This document shows, piece after piece, positions 8,280-15,642 of a stretch of DNA of 64,000 nt. The notes beneath the pieces are model-generated. The model ran no database searches. It had not been told where the DNA came from and was given only the letters and a program-made list of their open reading frames with translations. The position numbers and the translations under genes were made by a program. The number at the start of each line of letters is the position of its first letter. The stretch's first letter is position 1. The stretch comes from Candidatus Buchananbacteria bacterium (GTDB taxonomy: Bacteria; Patescibacteriota; Patescibacteriia; Buchananbacterales; UBA6539): the NCBI GenBank assembly GCA_013359225.1, contig JABWCG010000002.1, positions 113,470-177,469 on the forward strand, given 5' to 3'.

Positions 8280-9802
8280 TAGTTTTGGCTAGCAGACTTA
8301 ATTCTTCCTTTAGCGGCTCCGGTTTTAACAAATTGGAGCCAGTCTCGGCTGGGGCCCCTGCGATTTTTATCGGTGATGATATCAACGACATCACCGTTTT
8401 TTAATTTAGAGTCCAGACTGGCAATTTGATTATTAATTCTAGCACCGGCGCAGTGGTCGCCGATCCAGCTATGAACGTGGTACGCAAAATCAACCGGTGT
8501 CGCGCCTTCGGGCAGATCGATAACGTCACCCTTGGGTGTAAAAACAAAAATCCGGTTTTGGAAAAAATCAATCGTTAAAGATTGTAGGTACACTTCATTG
8601 TCTTGGATTTCTTTTTGCCATTTAACTAAATCTTCAATCCAGGTTAATTTTTTTGGCAACGTGTAGCCAGGGTCGCCGATTTTTTTATTTGTCTGGCGAC
8701 TTTCTTTTTCTTTGTATTGCCAGTGGGCGGCGATACCGTTTTCTGCCTGGTCGTGCATTGCCGGAGTACGAATTTGAAACTCTACAATTTTTCCTTCAGT
8801 ACAAAAGACAGTGGAATGTAGTGATTGATAGCCATTTGGTTTTGGTTGAGCAATATAATCTTTAATCCGGCCCGGCAATGGTTTCCATAATTTATGGATA
8901 ACTCCAAGTGCTTGGTAGCAGTCCTCAACTGTTGGTACAATGATTCGCAGTGCTACTAGGTCGTAAATTTTTGAAACGTCCCCATTGTAATGAGGTTTTT
9001 GTAGTTTAAGATAGAGACTGTAAAGCCGTTTCTGCCGCCCATGGATGGAAGTGGTTTTTATTTTTTGAGCCGCTAATTCTTTTTCAACGATTTTAATCAC
9101 CCGGTTAATGTATGCCATTTTCAGTTCAATTTTTGGCAAGATATCTTTTTTCATCCATTCATATTTTTGTGGGTAAACATAAGGAAAAGATAAATCTTCA
9201 AGTTCACCTTTAATTTGTCCCATACCGAGACGATTGGCGATTGGTGCATATATTTCTAGGCTTTCCTGGGCAATTCTTTTTTGTTTTTCTTTGGGCAGTG
9301 CTTCCAAGCTACGCAAGTTATCTAGGCGATCGGCCATTTTAATGAGAATAATACGAATATCTTGGGCCATTGAAATAAACATCTTTCGTAGATTCTCGGC
9401 ATATTTTTCCATTCCGCGGTATTTAATGATACCAAGCTTACTAATGCCGCCGACTAGTTTGGCAATATCTTCGCCGAAGTTTTTTTCCACTTCAACCAAG
9501 CTGTATGTTGTGTCTTCCGGAACGTCATGGAGCAGAGCGGCAATGACAGTGTCTTGGTCAAGGCCCAGTTTAGCAACGGTTATGGCAGTTCGCAGAGGAT
9601 GATTAATATAGGGCTCTCCCGACTTTCTATTTTGTGTCTTATGAGCTTCTTCGGCAAATTCATAAGCGAGTTTAATCAAGTCAAAATCATAATTGGCGGG
9701 CGCTCGTTTGAGATAAGGGAAAATAGGCACTCGGCTAGTGACTTTATGGTTTTCTTTAAGAATTCGAAATAGTTCTTCAATTGGTAATTTGTTGCTAGTC
9801 AT
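8276..9802 (-). CDS. rel: RelA/SpoT-family (p)ppGpp synthetase/hydrolase, HD + SYNTH + TGS only (probable start ATG 9802)
   Basis: '[10 protein letters not shown]', 'LLHDVPEDT', 'KMADRLDN', '[16 protein letters not shown]', TGS '[11 protein letters not shown]'; ends shortly after '[11 protein letters not shown]'. Confidence 0.93.
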   Translation of the reverse strand: MTSNKLPIEELFRILKENHKVTSRVPIFPYLKRAPANYDFDLIKLAYEFAEEAHKTQNRKSGEPYINHPLRTAITVAKLGLDQDTVIAALLHDVPEDTTYSLVEVEKNFGEDIAKLVGGISKLGIIKYRGMEKYAENLRKMFISMAQDIRIILIKMADRLDNLRSLEALPKEKQKRIAQESLEIYAPIANRLGMGQIKGELEDLSFPYVYPQKYEWMKKDILPKIELKMAYINRVIKIVEKELAAQKIKTTSIHGRQKRLYSLYLKLQKPHYNGDVSKIYDLVALRIIVPTVEDCYQALGVIHKLWKPLPGRIKDYIAQPKPNGYQSLHSTVFCTEGKIVEFQIRTPAMHDQAENGIAAHWQYKEKESRQTNKKIGDPGYTLPKKLTWIEDLVKWQKEIQDNEVYLQSLTIDFFQNRIFVFTPKGDVIDLPEGATPVDFAYHVHSWIGDHCAGARINNQIASLDSKLKNGDVVDIITDKNRRGPSRDWLQFVKTGAAKGRIKSASQNY

Positions 9803-9857
9803 GGCATTTTTTAGTATAATAATTGTAAAGGAATTAGATATAAAAATCAATTTTTCT

Positions 9858-10859
9858 ATGAGTTTACCTTTTTTTAGTTATTCAACATTACCGTTGGTGT
9901 TATTAGTGGTCTTGGTAGCCATTATTTTTTTTATGTGGCGTAAGGGTGGAGCAAGTGGCCCATATAATGCTAGTGGTAATGCAACTCCAACTTTAAATCA
10001 GTATGCTAAAGATTTAACCAAAATGGCCGCCGACGGAAAGCTTGATCCGGTGATTGGTCGCAATGAAGAAATTGAACGCGTGATTCAAGTGTTGAGCCGC
10101 CGGACTAAAAATAATCCTGTCTTAGTCGGAAAGTCCGGCGTCGGCAAAACCGCCATCGCTGAAGGTTTGGCACAAATGATTGCCGGAAAGAAAGTGCCAA
10201 AAATTTTAGAAAATAAGAAAGTGCTCGCCCTAGATCTGACCGGTATTATCGCCGGCACAAAGTATCGGGGAGAATTTGAAAAACGGATTAAACAGATTGC
10301 CGACGAGATTACCGCTGCGAAGCGCAGCATCATTTTATTTATTGATGAGATTCATACTTTGGCGGAAGCCGGTGGGGCTGAGGGAGCAATTGACGCCGAT
10401 GACATCTTAAAGCCGGCCTTAGCGCGTGGTGATCTGCAGGTAATTGGCGCAACCACTGCTGAAGAATACAAAAAATTTATTAAAAAAGATGTGACCCTTG
10501 ATCGACGGTTGCATCCAATTTTAGTTGATGAGCCGACCAAGGAAGAAACCGTTAAAATTTTAGAGGGAATTAAGCGCAAGTATGAGCAGTTTCATAAAGT
10601 GAACATTACCAAAGAAGCAATCTTAGCGGCGGTTCATTTGGCTGAACAGCATATTAAGAATAAATCATTTCCAGATAAAGCAATTGATTTAATGGATGAA
10701 GCGGCGTCGAAGGTCAGCATTGAAAATGTTACTGATGAATCAACTGCTAAAAAAACAACGTCCCAAAAGAGGCTGGCGGATAAAAAATCATGGCCGCAGG
10801 TTGGCGTAGCGGAGGTGCAGGAGGTAATGCAGGAGTGGCAGGAAAATAAATTTTTATAA
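9858..10859 (+). CDS. Single-AAA (NBD1-only) ClpA/B/C-family ATPase with N-terminal transmembrane helix (probable start ATG 9858)
   Basis: TM '[19 protein letters not shown]', '[11 protein letters not shown]', '[23 protein letters not shown]', pore loop 'GTKYRGEFE', Walker B 'LFIDEIH', '[11 protein letters not shown]'. Confidence 0.85.
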   Translation: MSLPFFSYSTLPLVLLVVLVAIIFFMWRKGGASGPYNASGNATPTLNQYAKDLTKMAADGKLDPVIGRNEEIERVIQVLSRRTKNNPVLVGKSGVGKTAIAEGLAQMIAGKKVPKILENKKVLALDLTGIIAGTKYRGEFEKRIKQIADEITAAKRSIILFIDEIHTLAEAGGAEGAIDADDILKPALARGDLQVIGATTAEEYKKFIKKDVTLDRRLHPILVDEPTKEETVKILEGIKRKYEQFHKVNITKEAILAAVHLAEQHIKNKSFPDKAIDLMDEAASKVSIENVTDESTAKKTTSQKRLADKKSWPQVGVAEVQEVMQEWQENKFL

Positions 10860-10874
10860 ATTGTTACTATTTTA

Positions 10875-11495
10875 ATGTCTAAGACTAAATCGGCACTATT
10901 AAACACCCTCGGCTTGTTCTTTTTATTTTATGGCGTTTATGCTATTGATTATTCGGTATATCGTGATCATTGGTCGTGGGTTTTTTGGATTTGTTATATC
11001 GGCTTGGTAATTATGGGTGCGGCAATATTATTGCGGAATTCAATGGTAATTATCAGTCAATTATATATTTTAACTATTCCACTATTAATTTGGCTGACTG
11101 ATTTTTTTTCGCGCGTTTTTACCGGACACCATTGGTTTGGAACCACAGATTATTTCTTTGAAGAATTATTATTACCGGCCCGGATTATCTCGCTGGAACA
11201 TTTTTTCCTTTTGCCCTTGGGGTATGTGGCATTTTGGGCTTTGGGAGCAAAAGCTAAGGGGGCGTGGGTCATTAGTATTATTGAGGTGGCAGTCATATAT
11301 TTTATGGTCAGATTATTCACCGACGCTGTCCAAAACGTTAACTGTGTTTTTGAGTCGTGCTTTCCTTCAGTTCCGTCCGACGCGCTTTATCCAATTCGTT
11401 GGTTTGCAATAATTCTAGGGATGATTTTAATTACCTGGTTTTTAAATTTCATGGTACTTTATTTAACTAAAAAAATTAACTATAATAAAAAATAG
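10875..11495 (+). CDS. Polytopic membrane protein of unknown function
   Basis: About 6 hydrophobic helices; 'FWICY', 'SLEH', 'NVNC' motifs. Confidence 0.6.
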   Translation: MSKTKSALLNTLGLFFLFYGVYAIDYSVYRDHWSWVFWICYIGLVIMGAAILLRNSMVIISQLYILTIPLLIWLTDFFSRVFTGHHWFGTTDYFFEELLLPARIISLEHFFLLPLGYVAFWALGAKAKGAWVISIIEVAVIYFMVRLFTDAVQNVNCVFESCFPSVPSDALYPIRWFAIILGMILITWFLNFMVLYLTKKINYNKK

Positions 11496-11520
11496 GTTTG
11501 GAAAATAACTAATAAATTTT

Positions 11521-12396
11521 ATGAACCAACAAAACGATTTGCAAACTAAAGTAAAATCTCGGGTAAGCAGCAAAGTGGTCCTGGCGGGTATTGCCATTGC
11601 CACGCTGGTTGGTGTTTCGCTGGTTACTGCCAGTCTGGTAACTCCGGCCGGTACCGGAAATTTTTATGCCGGCAGCGGTGATATCAAACTCCCGCCGCCA
11701 AAGCCGGCTTGTCCGGTGGGAGGTTATGCGGAGAATGGAAAGTATGTTTATATTTGTGAAGAGGACGGTACGGCTGCTCGACATACGTGTGATAAAAGAT
11801 TAGAAGATGCTAATGGTGTTGAGTTGTATCGCTGTTTAGATTCAAGTGGCAATACAGACAATGATCAGGTGTGTTGCTTGGAGGAAGCTCCTACGTGTCC
11901 GGCGAATTATTCCATTTGTGGCAAAGACGCTGGTGCTGTCTGTTGTAGTGCTAATGAAACTTGTGAATCTAAAAAATGGCCACCGGTTGTGGGGGATACA
12001 ATTTATTTTTGTAAACCAAAAACGTGTCCCGATCCGGCGAGGCCAAAATTGTGCACCGGTAGCACCAATAATGCTTGTTGTGCAAGTACCGATAGCTGCG
12101 GCACGAGCGGCATTGGTATTGCATACTGTAAGCCCACAGGCTGCACTGATCCAAACTGTGGTGATATCTGTTGTACTGATAATGAAATTTGTGTGACCAA
12201 AACTGGCACACCTCCAGTTTGTCAGCCAAAAGATCCTTCATCTTGTGATACCGATGGGGTTGATAATGTCCCTGGTAATAATGATGATCAAGAGTATTGT
12301 CAGGGAAGGGGTGAGTATGCCGAAAGAAAACGTTGTTGTCCGGTCCGTACTTGTTTTGTAATGCCTAATGGATATCCGCAATGTAAGACAAATTAA
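11521..12396 (+). CDS. Exported/anchored Cys-rich repeat protein with conserved N-terminal leader
   Basis: Hydrophobic N-terminus plus 'SLVTASLVTPAGTGNFYAGSG'; repeated 'C.G....CC....C.......C' units. Confidence 0.7.
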   Translation: MNQQNDLQTKVKSRVSSKVVLAGIAIATLVGVSLVTASLVTPAGTGNFYAGSGDIKLPPPKPACPVGGYAENGKYVYICEEDGTAARHTCDKRLEDANGVELYRCLDSSGNTDNDQVCCLEEAPTCPANYSICGKDAGAVCCSANETCESKKWPPVVGDTIYFCKPKTCPDPARPKLCTGSTNNACCASTDSCGTSGIGIAYCKPTGCTDPNCGDICCTDNEICVTKTGTPPVCQPKDPSSCDTDGVDNVPGNNDDQEYCQGRGEYAERKRCCPVRTCFVMPNGYPQCKTN

Positions 12397-12411
12397 ATTT
12401 GTTTTAGAAAT

Positions 12412-12447
12412 AGAGCCCGCTAAAGCATAGTGCTTAGCGGGCTCTTT
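12412..12447. terminator. Intrinsic terminator between convergent genes
   Basis: AGAGCCCGCTAA-AGCATAGTGC-TTAGCGGGCTCT-TT. Confidence 0.8.
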
Positions 12448-12462
12448 GGTTTTCGGGGGGGG

Positions 12463-13335
12463 TTATTTAAGCAAAGCCCATTTGACAGGCCCTGCAAGCT
12501 CTTTGGCAGTTTGGACAAGAAAGACCTTGTCGCGAATGCTTAGTTCCTGAAGGTTGATCCAGGGAAACAAGTTGACGAACTTTATTCCAAGCTCATCGAG
12601 GTTCTCCTGGGTCCAGGCTTGCTGGTTGAACTGAGTGAGTGCTTCTTGTTGTGGCGGGGTCAAATCGTTGGGAATTGATTCCCAGACTTTGTAGTACTGA
12701 GAAGCTTGGTTGCTGATGATATTGGTGCTGACGCCGATGTCTTGGAGCGCTTGGAGGCGCTTGATGATGTCGGCGGTGTTGCCGACTGTCAGCCAGGTGA
12801 ACCCGGCACCAGAAATTTCGGGGCCGTTTTCCCATTGCTTCTCTCCGTACTTGACGGAGGTGTAGTAGCAACGAACTGCCGTCCAGCGCCCATCCTGATT
12901 GACTTCAGTAACCGTTGACAGCTCGTAGTCGCCAAGTTTCGGCGAGTTGAACGCGATGTTCATGCCGTTAAGGTCGCACCAGGCCACCCAGACCGTTTCC
13001 GTTGTCGAAGCTTTGACTTTCTCTTGTTCGTTGGCGATGACAACTGCCAACGGCTTAGGTTCCGGGTAAATCGGATATGCGTCCGAGCATTCCCCGGGTT
13101 TCGGATTCGGGTTGCCGCGACCGCAACGGATCTTGGATTCACGGTGCGAGTCCAGCAGGAGTGCGGTACCCCAGCCAAGCAGTTCAACGGCTTGCGGGTT
13201 TTTGGTTTCAGCCTTTGTGACAGCGGCTGTTAACTGTTTGACGAACATTTCGTCGGAGATGTTGGTTGGGCGCTCGGCAGCAAAGCTTGCCAAGCATAGC
13301 GTGCAGGTGAAACCTGCAAGAACTAACGTCTTCAT
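12463..13335 (-). CDS. Secreted protein of unknown function (probable start ATG 13335)
   Basis: Signal peptide 'MKTLVLAGFTCTLCLASFA/AE'; long open frame; no recognisable family. Confidence 0.6.
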   Translation of the reverse strand: MKTLVLAGFTCTLCLASFAAERPTNISDEMFVKQLTAAVTKAETKNPQAVELLGWGTALLLDSHRESKIRCGRGNPNPKPGECSDAYPIYPEPKPLAVVIANEQEKVKASTTETVWVAWCDLNGMNIAFNSPKLGDYELSTVTEVNQDGRWTAVRCYYTSVKYGEKQWENGPEISGAGFTWLTVGNTADIIKRLQALQDIGVSTNIISNQASQYYKVWESIPNDLTPPQQEALTQFNQQAWTQENLDELGIKFVNLFPWINLQELSIRDKVFLVQTAKELAGPVKWALLK

Positions 13336-13483
13336 CTTAAATATCCTTCCCCATGGAAAGTGGCTTGTAACCATAATTCACAACAGGTGAATAATGGTTT
13401 TCAAGACCGTTGTAGGGTACATTTTCTATAGTATATATTATACTATATATTCATTTTTTTGTCAATAGTAAGACAATATAATT

Positions 13484-13515
13484 AAAAACACCTGCTAGTT
13501 ATAGCAAGTGTTTTT
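13484..13515. terminator. Probable terminator downstream of the M15-like gene
   Basis: AAAAACAC-C-TGCTA-GTTA-TAGCA-A-GTGTTTTT. Confidence 0.6.
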
Positions 13516-13546
13516 AAACGACTAAAATTTATTGTTGATTATATTA

Positions 13547-14629
13547 TTATAAATCGCCGCAACTAGAAAAATTACAATTAATGTAATAGCAGGCCTTGTT
13601 GTCCGGATTGTTGGTGCCGCGAGTTTTTTCATCAACGTGAACTAACTGGGTTGAGCCGGCTTGGCCACAAATATTTTTTTCGGTGACATTGCATTCGCGT
13701 AAGACATTTAGGCCGGAAGCGGCACCCCTAATTTTTGTTTCGGCGGTAGCAGCGTCGCCAGTGCAGCCGCTACCGGCTGAAGTGGCAGCGCCGGCACAAG
13801 CGATATCTGCAGCTTGTCCGGTGTCGTGCGCGCTTTTGTTTTCATTGTTCCAATCGCTGAAGGGGACAAATTTATCGTCTTCATCACCGCGGTAACTGCT
13901 GTTGAGTACGCAGCTAGCTGGCAGTGATTCGCACTTGGGTGGTGCGCCGTACATTTTGCTGTACATTTTTGCAACCTTTCTTAAGAAGGTGTGAACGCCG
14001 GTAACATCTTTACCGCCGATACCAACCGTGTAAAGCTTTCGCGCTGGATCAGCAGAAGTGTTGGCATTGTTATCGGTTGCTGCGCCGTCATAATTTCCGG
14101 CGCTGTAAACAGGGCAGGCGCAATCAATGTGGACTGCAATCATGAACTTAAATTGTTTTTCCATATCAGTTTGGCTGATGTTGCCGTCGTTTAGCGCATC
14201 AATCAATCCGGCGCGTAGACTAATGACATCACTTAAGGCGGAGCTTTTTTCAATATCAGTGGCATTACAATCGCAAGAGCTTTCATCTCGTTCGCCTTGT
14301 CCGGCAATGTCTGGGCAAAATGCATACCAATTAGTGTTAGGATCGTTGTCAGTTGCTCGAGCTTTGCAATTGTCTCTGGTAGTATGATCGCCATTATCGC
14401 CAAATAATCCTAACCCCGTAACGCACCAACCAGAAACGGGGATTGGGATATTACTGAGATTAATGTTGCCGCTGCCGGCGTAAAAATTACCAACTCCTCC
14501 GGGAGTTAAAAGAGAAGCAGTCACCAGAGAAGCGGCGGCAATGATTATGATTATTACTGAGGTAATAACAACCCTATTATTAACTTTAGTTGTTGAAGTT
14601 ACCTTTAGTTTTGGTTTTTTGGAAATCAT
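13547..14629 (-). CDS. Exported Cys-rich protein with C-terminal M15/LAS-type zinc peptidase-like domain and the same N-terminal leader as 11521..12396
   Basis: 'NSSYR...SAHDTGQAADI...LVHVD' matches the M15 S.YR / SxHxxGxAxD / late-His pattern; leader 'SLVTASLLTPGGVGNFYAGSG'. Confidence 0.7.
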   Translation of the reverse strand: MISKKPKLKVTSTTKVNNRVVITSVIIIIIAAASLVTASLLTPGGVGNFYAGSGNINLSNIPIPVSGWCVTGLGLFGDNGDHTTRDNCKARATDNDPNTNWYAFCPDIAGQGERDESSCDCNATDIEKSSALSDVISLRAGLIDALNDGNISQTDMEKQFKFMIAVHIDCACPVYSAGNYDGAATDNNANTSADPARKLYTVGIGGKDVTGVHTFLRKVAKMYSKMYGAPPKCESLPASCVLNSSYRGDEDDKFVPFSDWNNENKSAHDTGQAADIACAGAATSAGSGCTGDAATAETKIRGAASGLNVLRECNVTEKNICGQAGSTQLVHVDEKTRGTNNPDNKACYYINCNFSSCGDL

Positions 14630-14675
14630 ACATATTTCCTTAATTTGTTAATACTGTTTTAAGTATATCATAATC

Positions 14676-14704
14676 TTGACAAATTTAAAAAAGTATGCTA
14701 AGGT
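14676..14704 (+). promoter_or_regulatory. Sigma70 promoter P1 (extended -10)
   Basis: TTGACA(14676-14681)-17-TAAGGT preceded by TG-C. Confidence 0.55.
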
Positions 14705-14706
14705 GT

Positions 14707-14774
14707 CTTTGTTGATGCTGGGGAAACCCTGCAAACTTGGAAAAATACCTTGTGGCTTTGCTCAAGGTATTTTT
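14707..14774 (+). ncRNA. Putative ~65-nt small RNA (GAAA-capped hairpin plus intrinsic terminator)
   Basis: TGC-T-GGG-GAAA-CCC-T-GCA hairpin, then AAAAATACCTTG/CAAGGTATTTTT terminator; no ORF. Confidence 0.5.
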
Positions 14775-14791
14775 CTTTTTGTGATAATTTT

Positions 14792-14820
14792 TTGACAATT
14801 TTCTTTTTTTAAGCTAAATA
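14792..14820 (+). promoter_or_regulatory. Putative sigma70 promoter P2
   Basis: TTGACA(14792-14797)-17-TAAATA (weak -10). Confidence 0.4.
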
Positions 14821-14829
14821 CTACTTGTA

Positions 14830-15160
14830 TCTTTCTTCCTGGTCTTTGGAGCAATCCTTGGCCGGGAGGATTTGCGGATACGCATTTGCCCCACTGGGCG
14901 TGCGGAAGTCAACGTAAGCGACCGGGATTTTCAGGTCGTCGAAACTTCCACATCACTCATGCGGACGGGCAACCCGCTCGGAAGAAAATCGGCCCATCGG
15001 CGGCAGCATTAACTGGCTCAAATTCGGTTAACGTTGCCGCCACTATTTATTATCGGTTGCCAGATTCATTCCATTTTGTTATGATTTGTTTGCGGCTTGA
15101 AAGAAGCACCCTAGCATCAACAAAGTTTCGGGGTTTAACTTTCTTTCAGCCGCTTTTGTT
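14830..15160 (+). ncRNA. Putative ~330-nt highly structured non-coding RNA of unknown family
   Basis: At least five consecutive stems (14834-14870 with GCAA tetraloop, 14881-14904, 14904-14949, 14999-15041, 15092-15153) with G-U pairs favouring the + strand; GC-rich stretch within AT-rich flanks; ends in a U-tract. Confidence 0.6.
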
Positions 15161-15184
15161 TTTACTTTTTATTGAAGCGGGGGA

Positions 15185-15213
15185 TTGACAAAATTATTTA
15201 GGCATGCTATACT
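15185..15213 (+). promoter_or_regulatory. Near-consensus sigma70 promoter P3 (extended -10)
   Basis: TTGACA(15185-15190)-17-TATACT preceded by TG-C. Confidence 0.75.
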
Positions 15214-15436
15214 GTATTTAGATAGATAAGATAGGTTTCTAAGCAAAGCACCTATCTTTTTAAATTAGCCCCAAGATAAACCGCGGGCGAGAAAATAAAA
15301 ACAAAAACAAGTAAATTTCCGACTTTGGCTGCGTTTGATGCAAGCACTGTTTTTAACTCGGTCGTTATCAGTCGGATTTTTTTGTACCTTAAAAAATTAA
15401 ATAGTTTTTAAAAAACTAAAAAATAAAAACAAAAAT

Positions 15437-15577
15437 ATGAATGCTCAAGAACTGTCTCAGGCACAGGATATGGATTTTGACATCACCCGTACGTTCGCGG
15501 TGCTGTCGGCGACGCTGATCTTGCCAGTCTATTTGGCCCTGTCGGTCGTCTCATATTCTATGGCCGCAATCTTATGA
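15437..15577 (+). CDS. Unannotated 46-aa single-TM microprotein MNAQELSQAQDMDFDITRTFAVLSATLILPVYLALSVVSYSMAAIL
   Basis: ATG after an A-rich tract, TGA at 15575-15577, GC-rich third codon positions against AT-rich flanks, terminator downstream. Confidence 0.65.
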   Translation: MNAQELSQAQDMDFDITRTFAVLSATLILPVYLALSVVSYSMAAIL

Positions 15578-15600
15578 CATAATAATTTTGTTTAGGATGC

Positions 15601-15632
15601 AAAAAATCCCGCGTTTGTTAGCGGGATTTTTT
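15601..15632. terminator. Bidirectional terminator (microprotein / topA)
   Basis: AAAAAATCCCGC-GTTTGTTA-GCGGGATTTTTT. Confidence 0.85.
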
Positions 15633-15642
15633 GCGTTTGTTT

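Noticed and set aside
14886-15188. 100-aa ORF in the intergenic region
   Set aside because: TTG start inside a hairpin, no RBS, no recognisable features; dense base-pairing better explains the sequence. A short internal ORF from 15081 is not fully excluded.
14830-15400. tmRNA, RNase P, SRP or retron msr-msd identity for the RNA locus
   Set aside because: No tRNA-like acceptor/T-arm ends or tag ORF ending in Ala-Ala-stop, no GGAAAGTCC core, no SRP domain IV motif, and no reverse transcriptase in the window.
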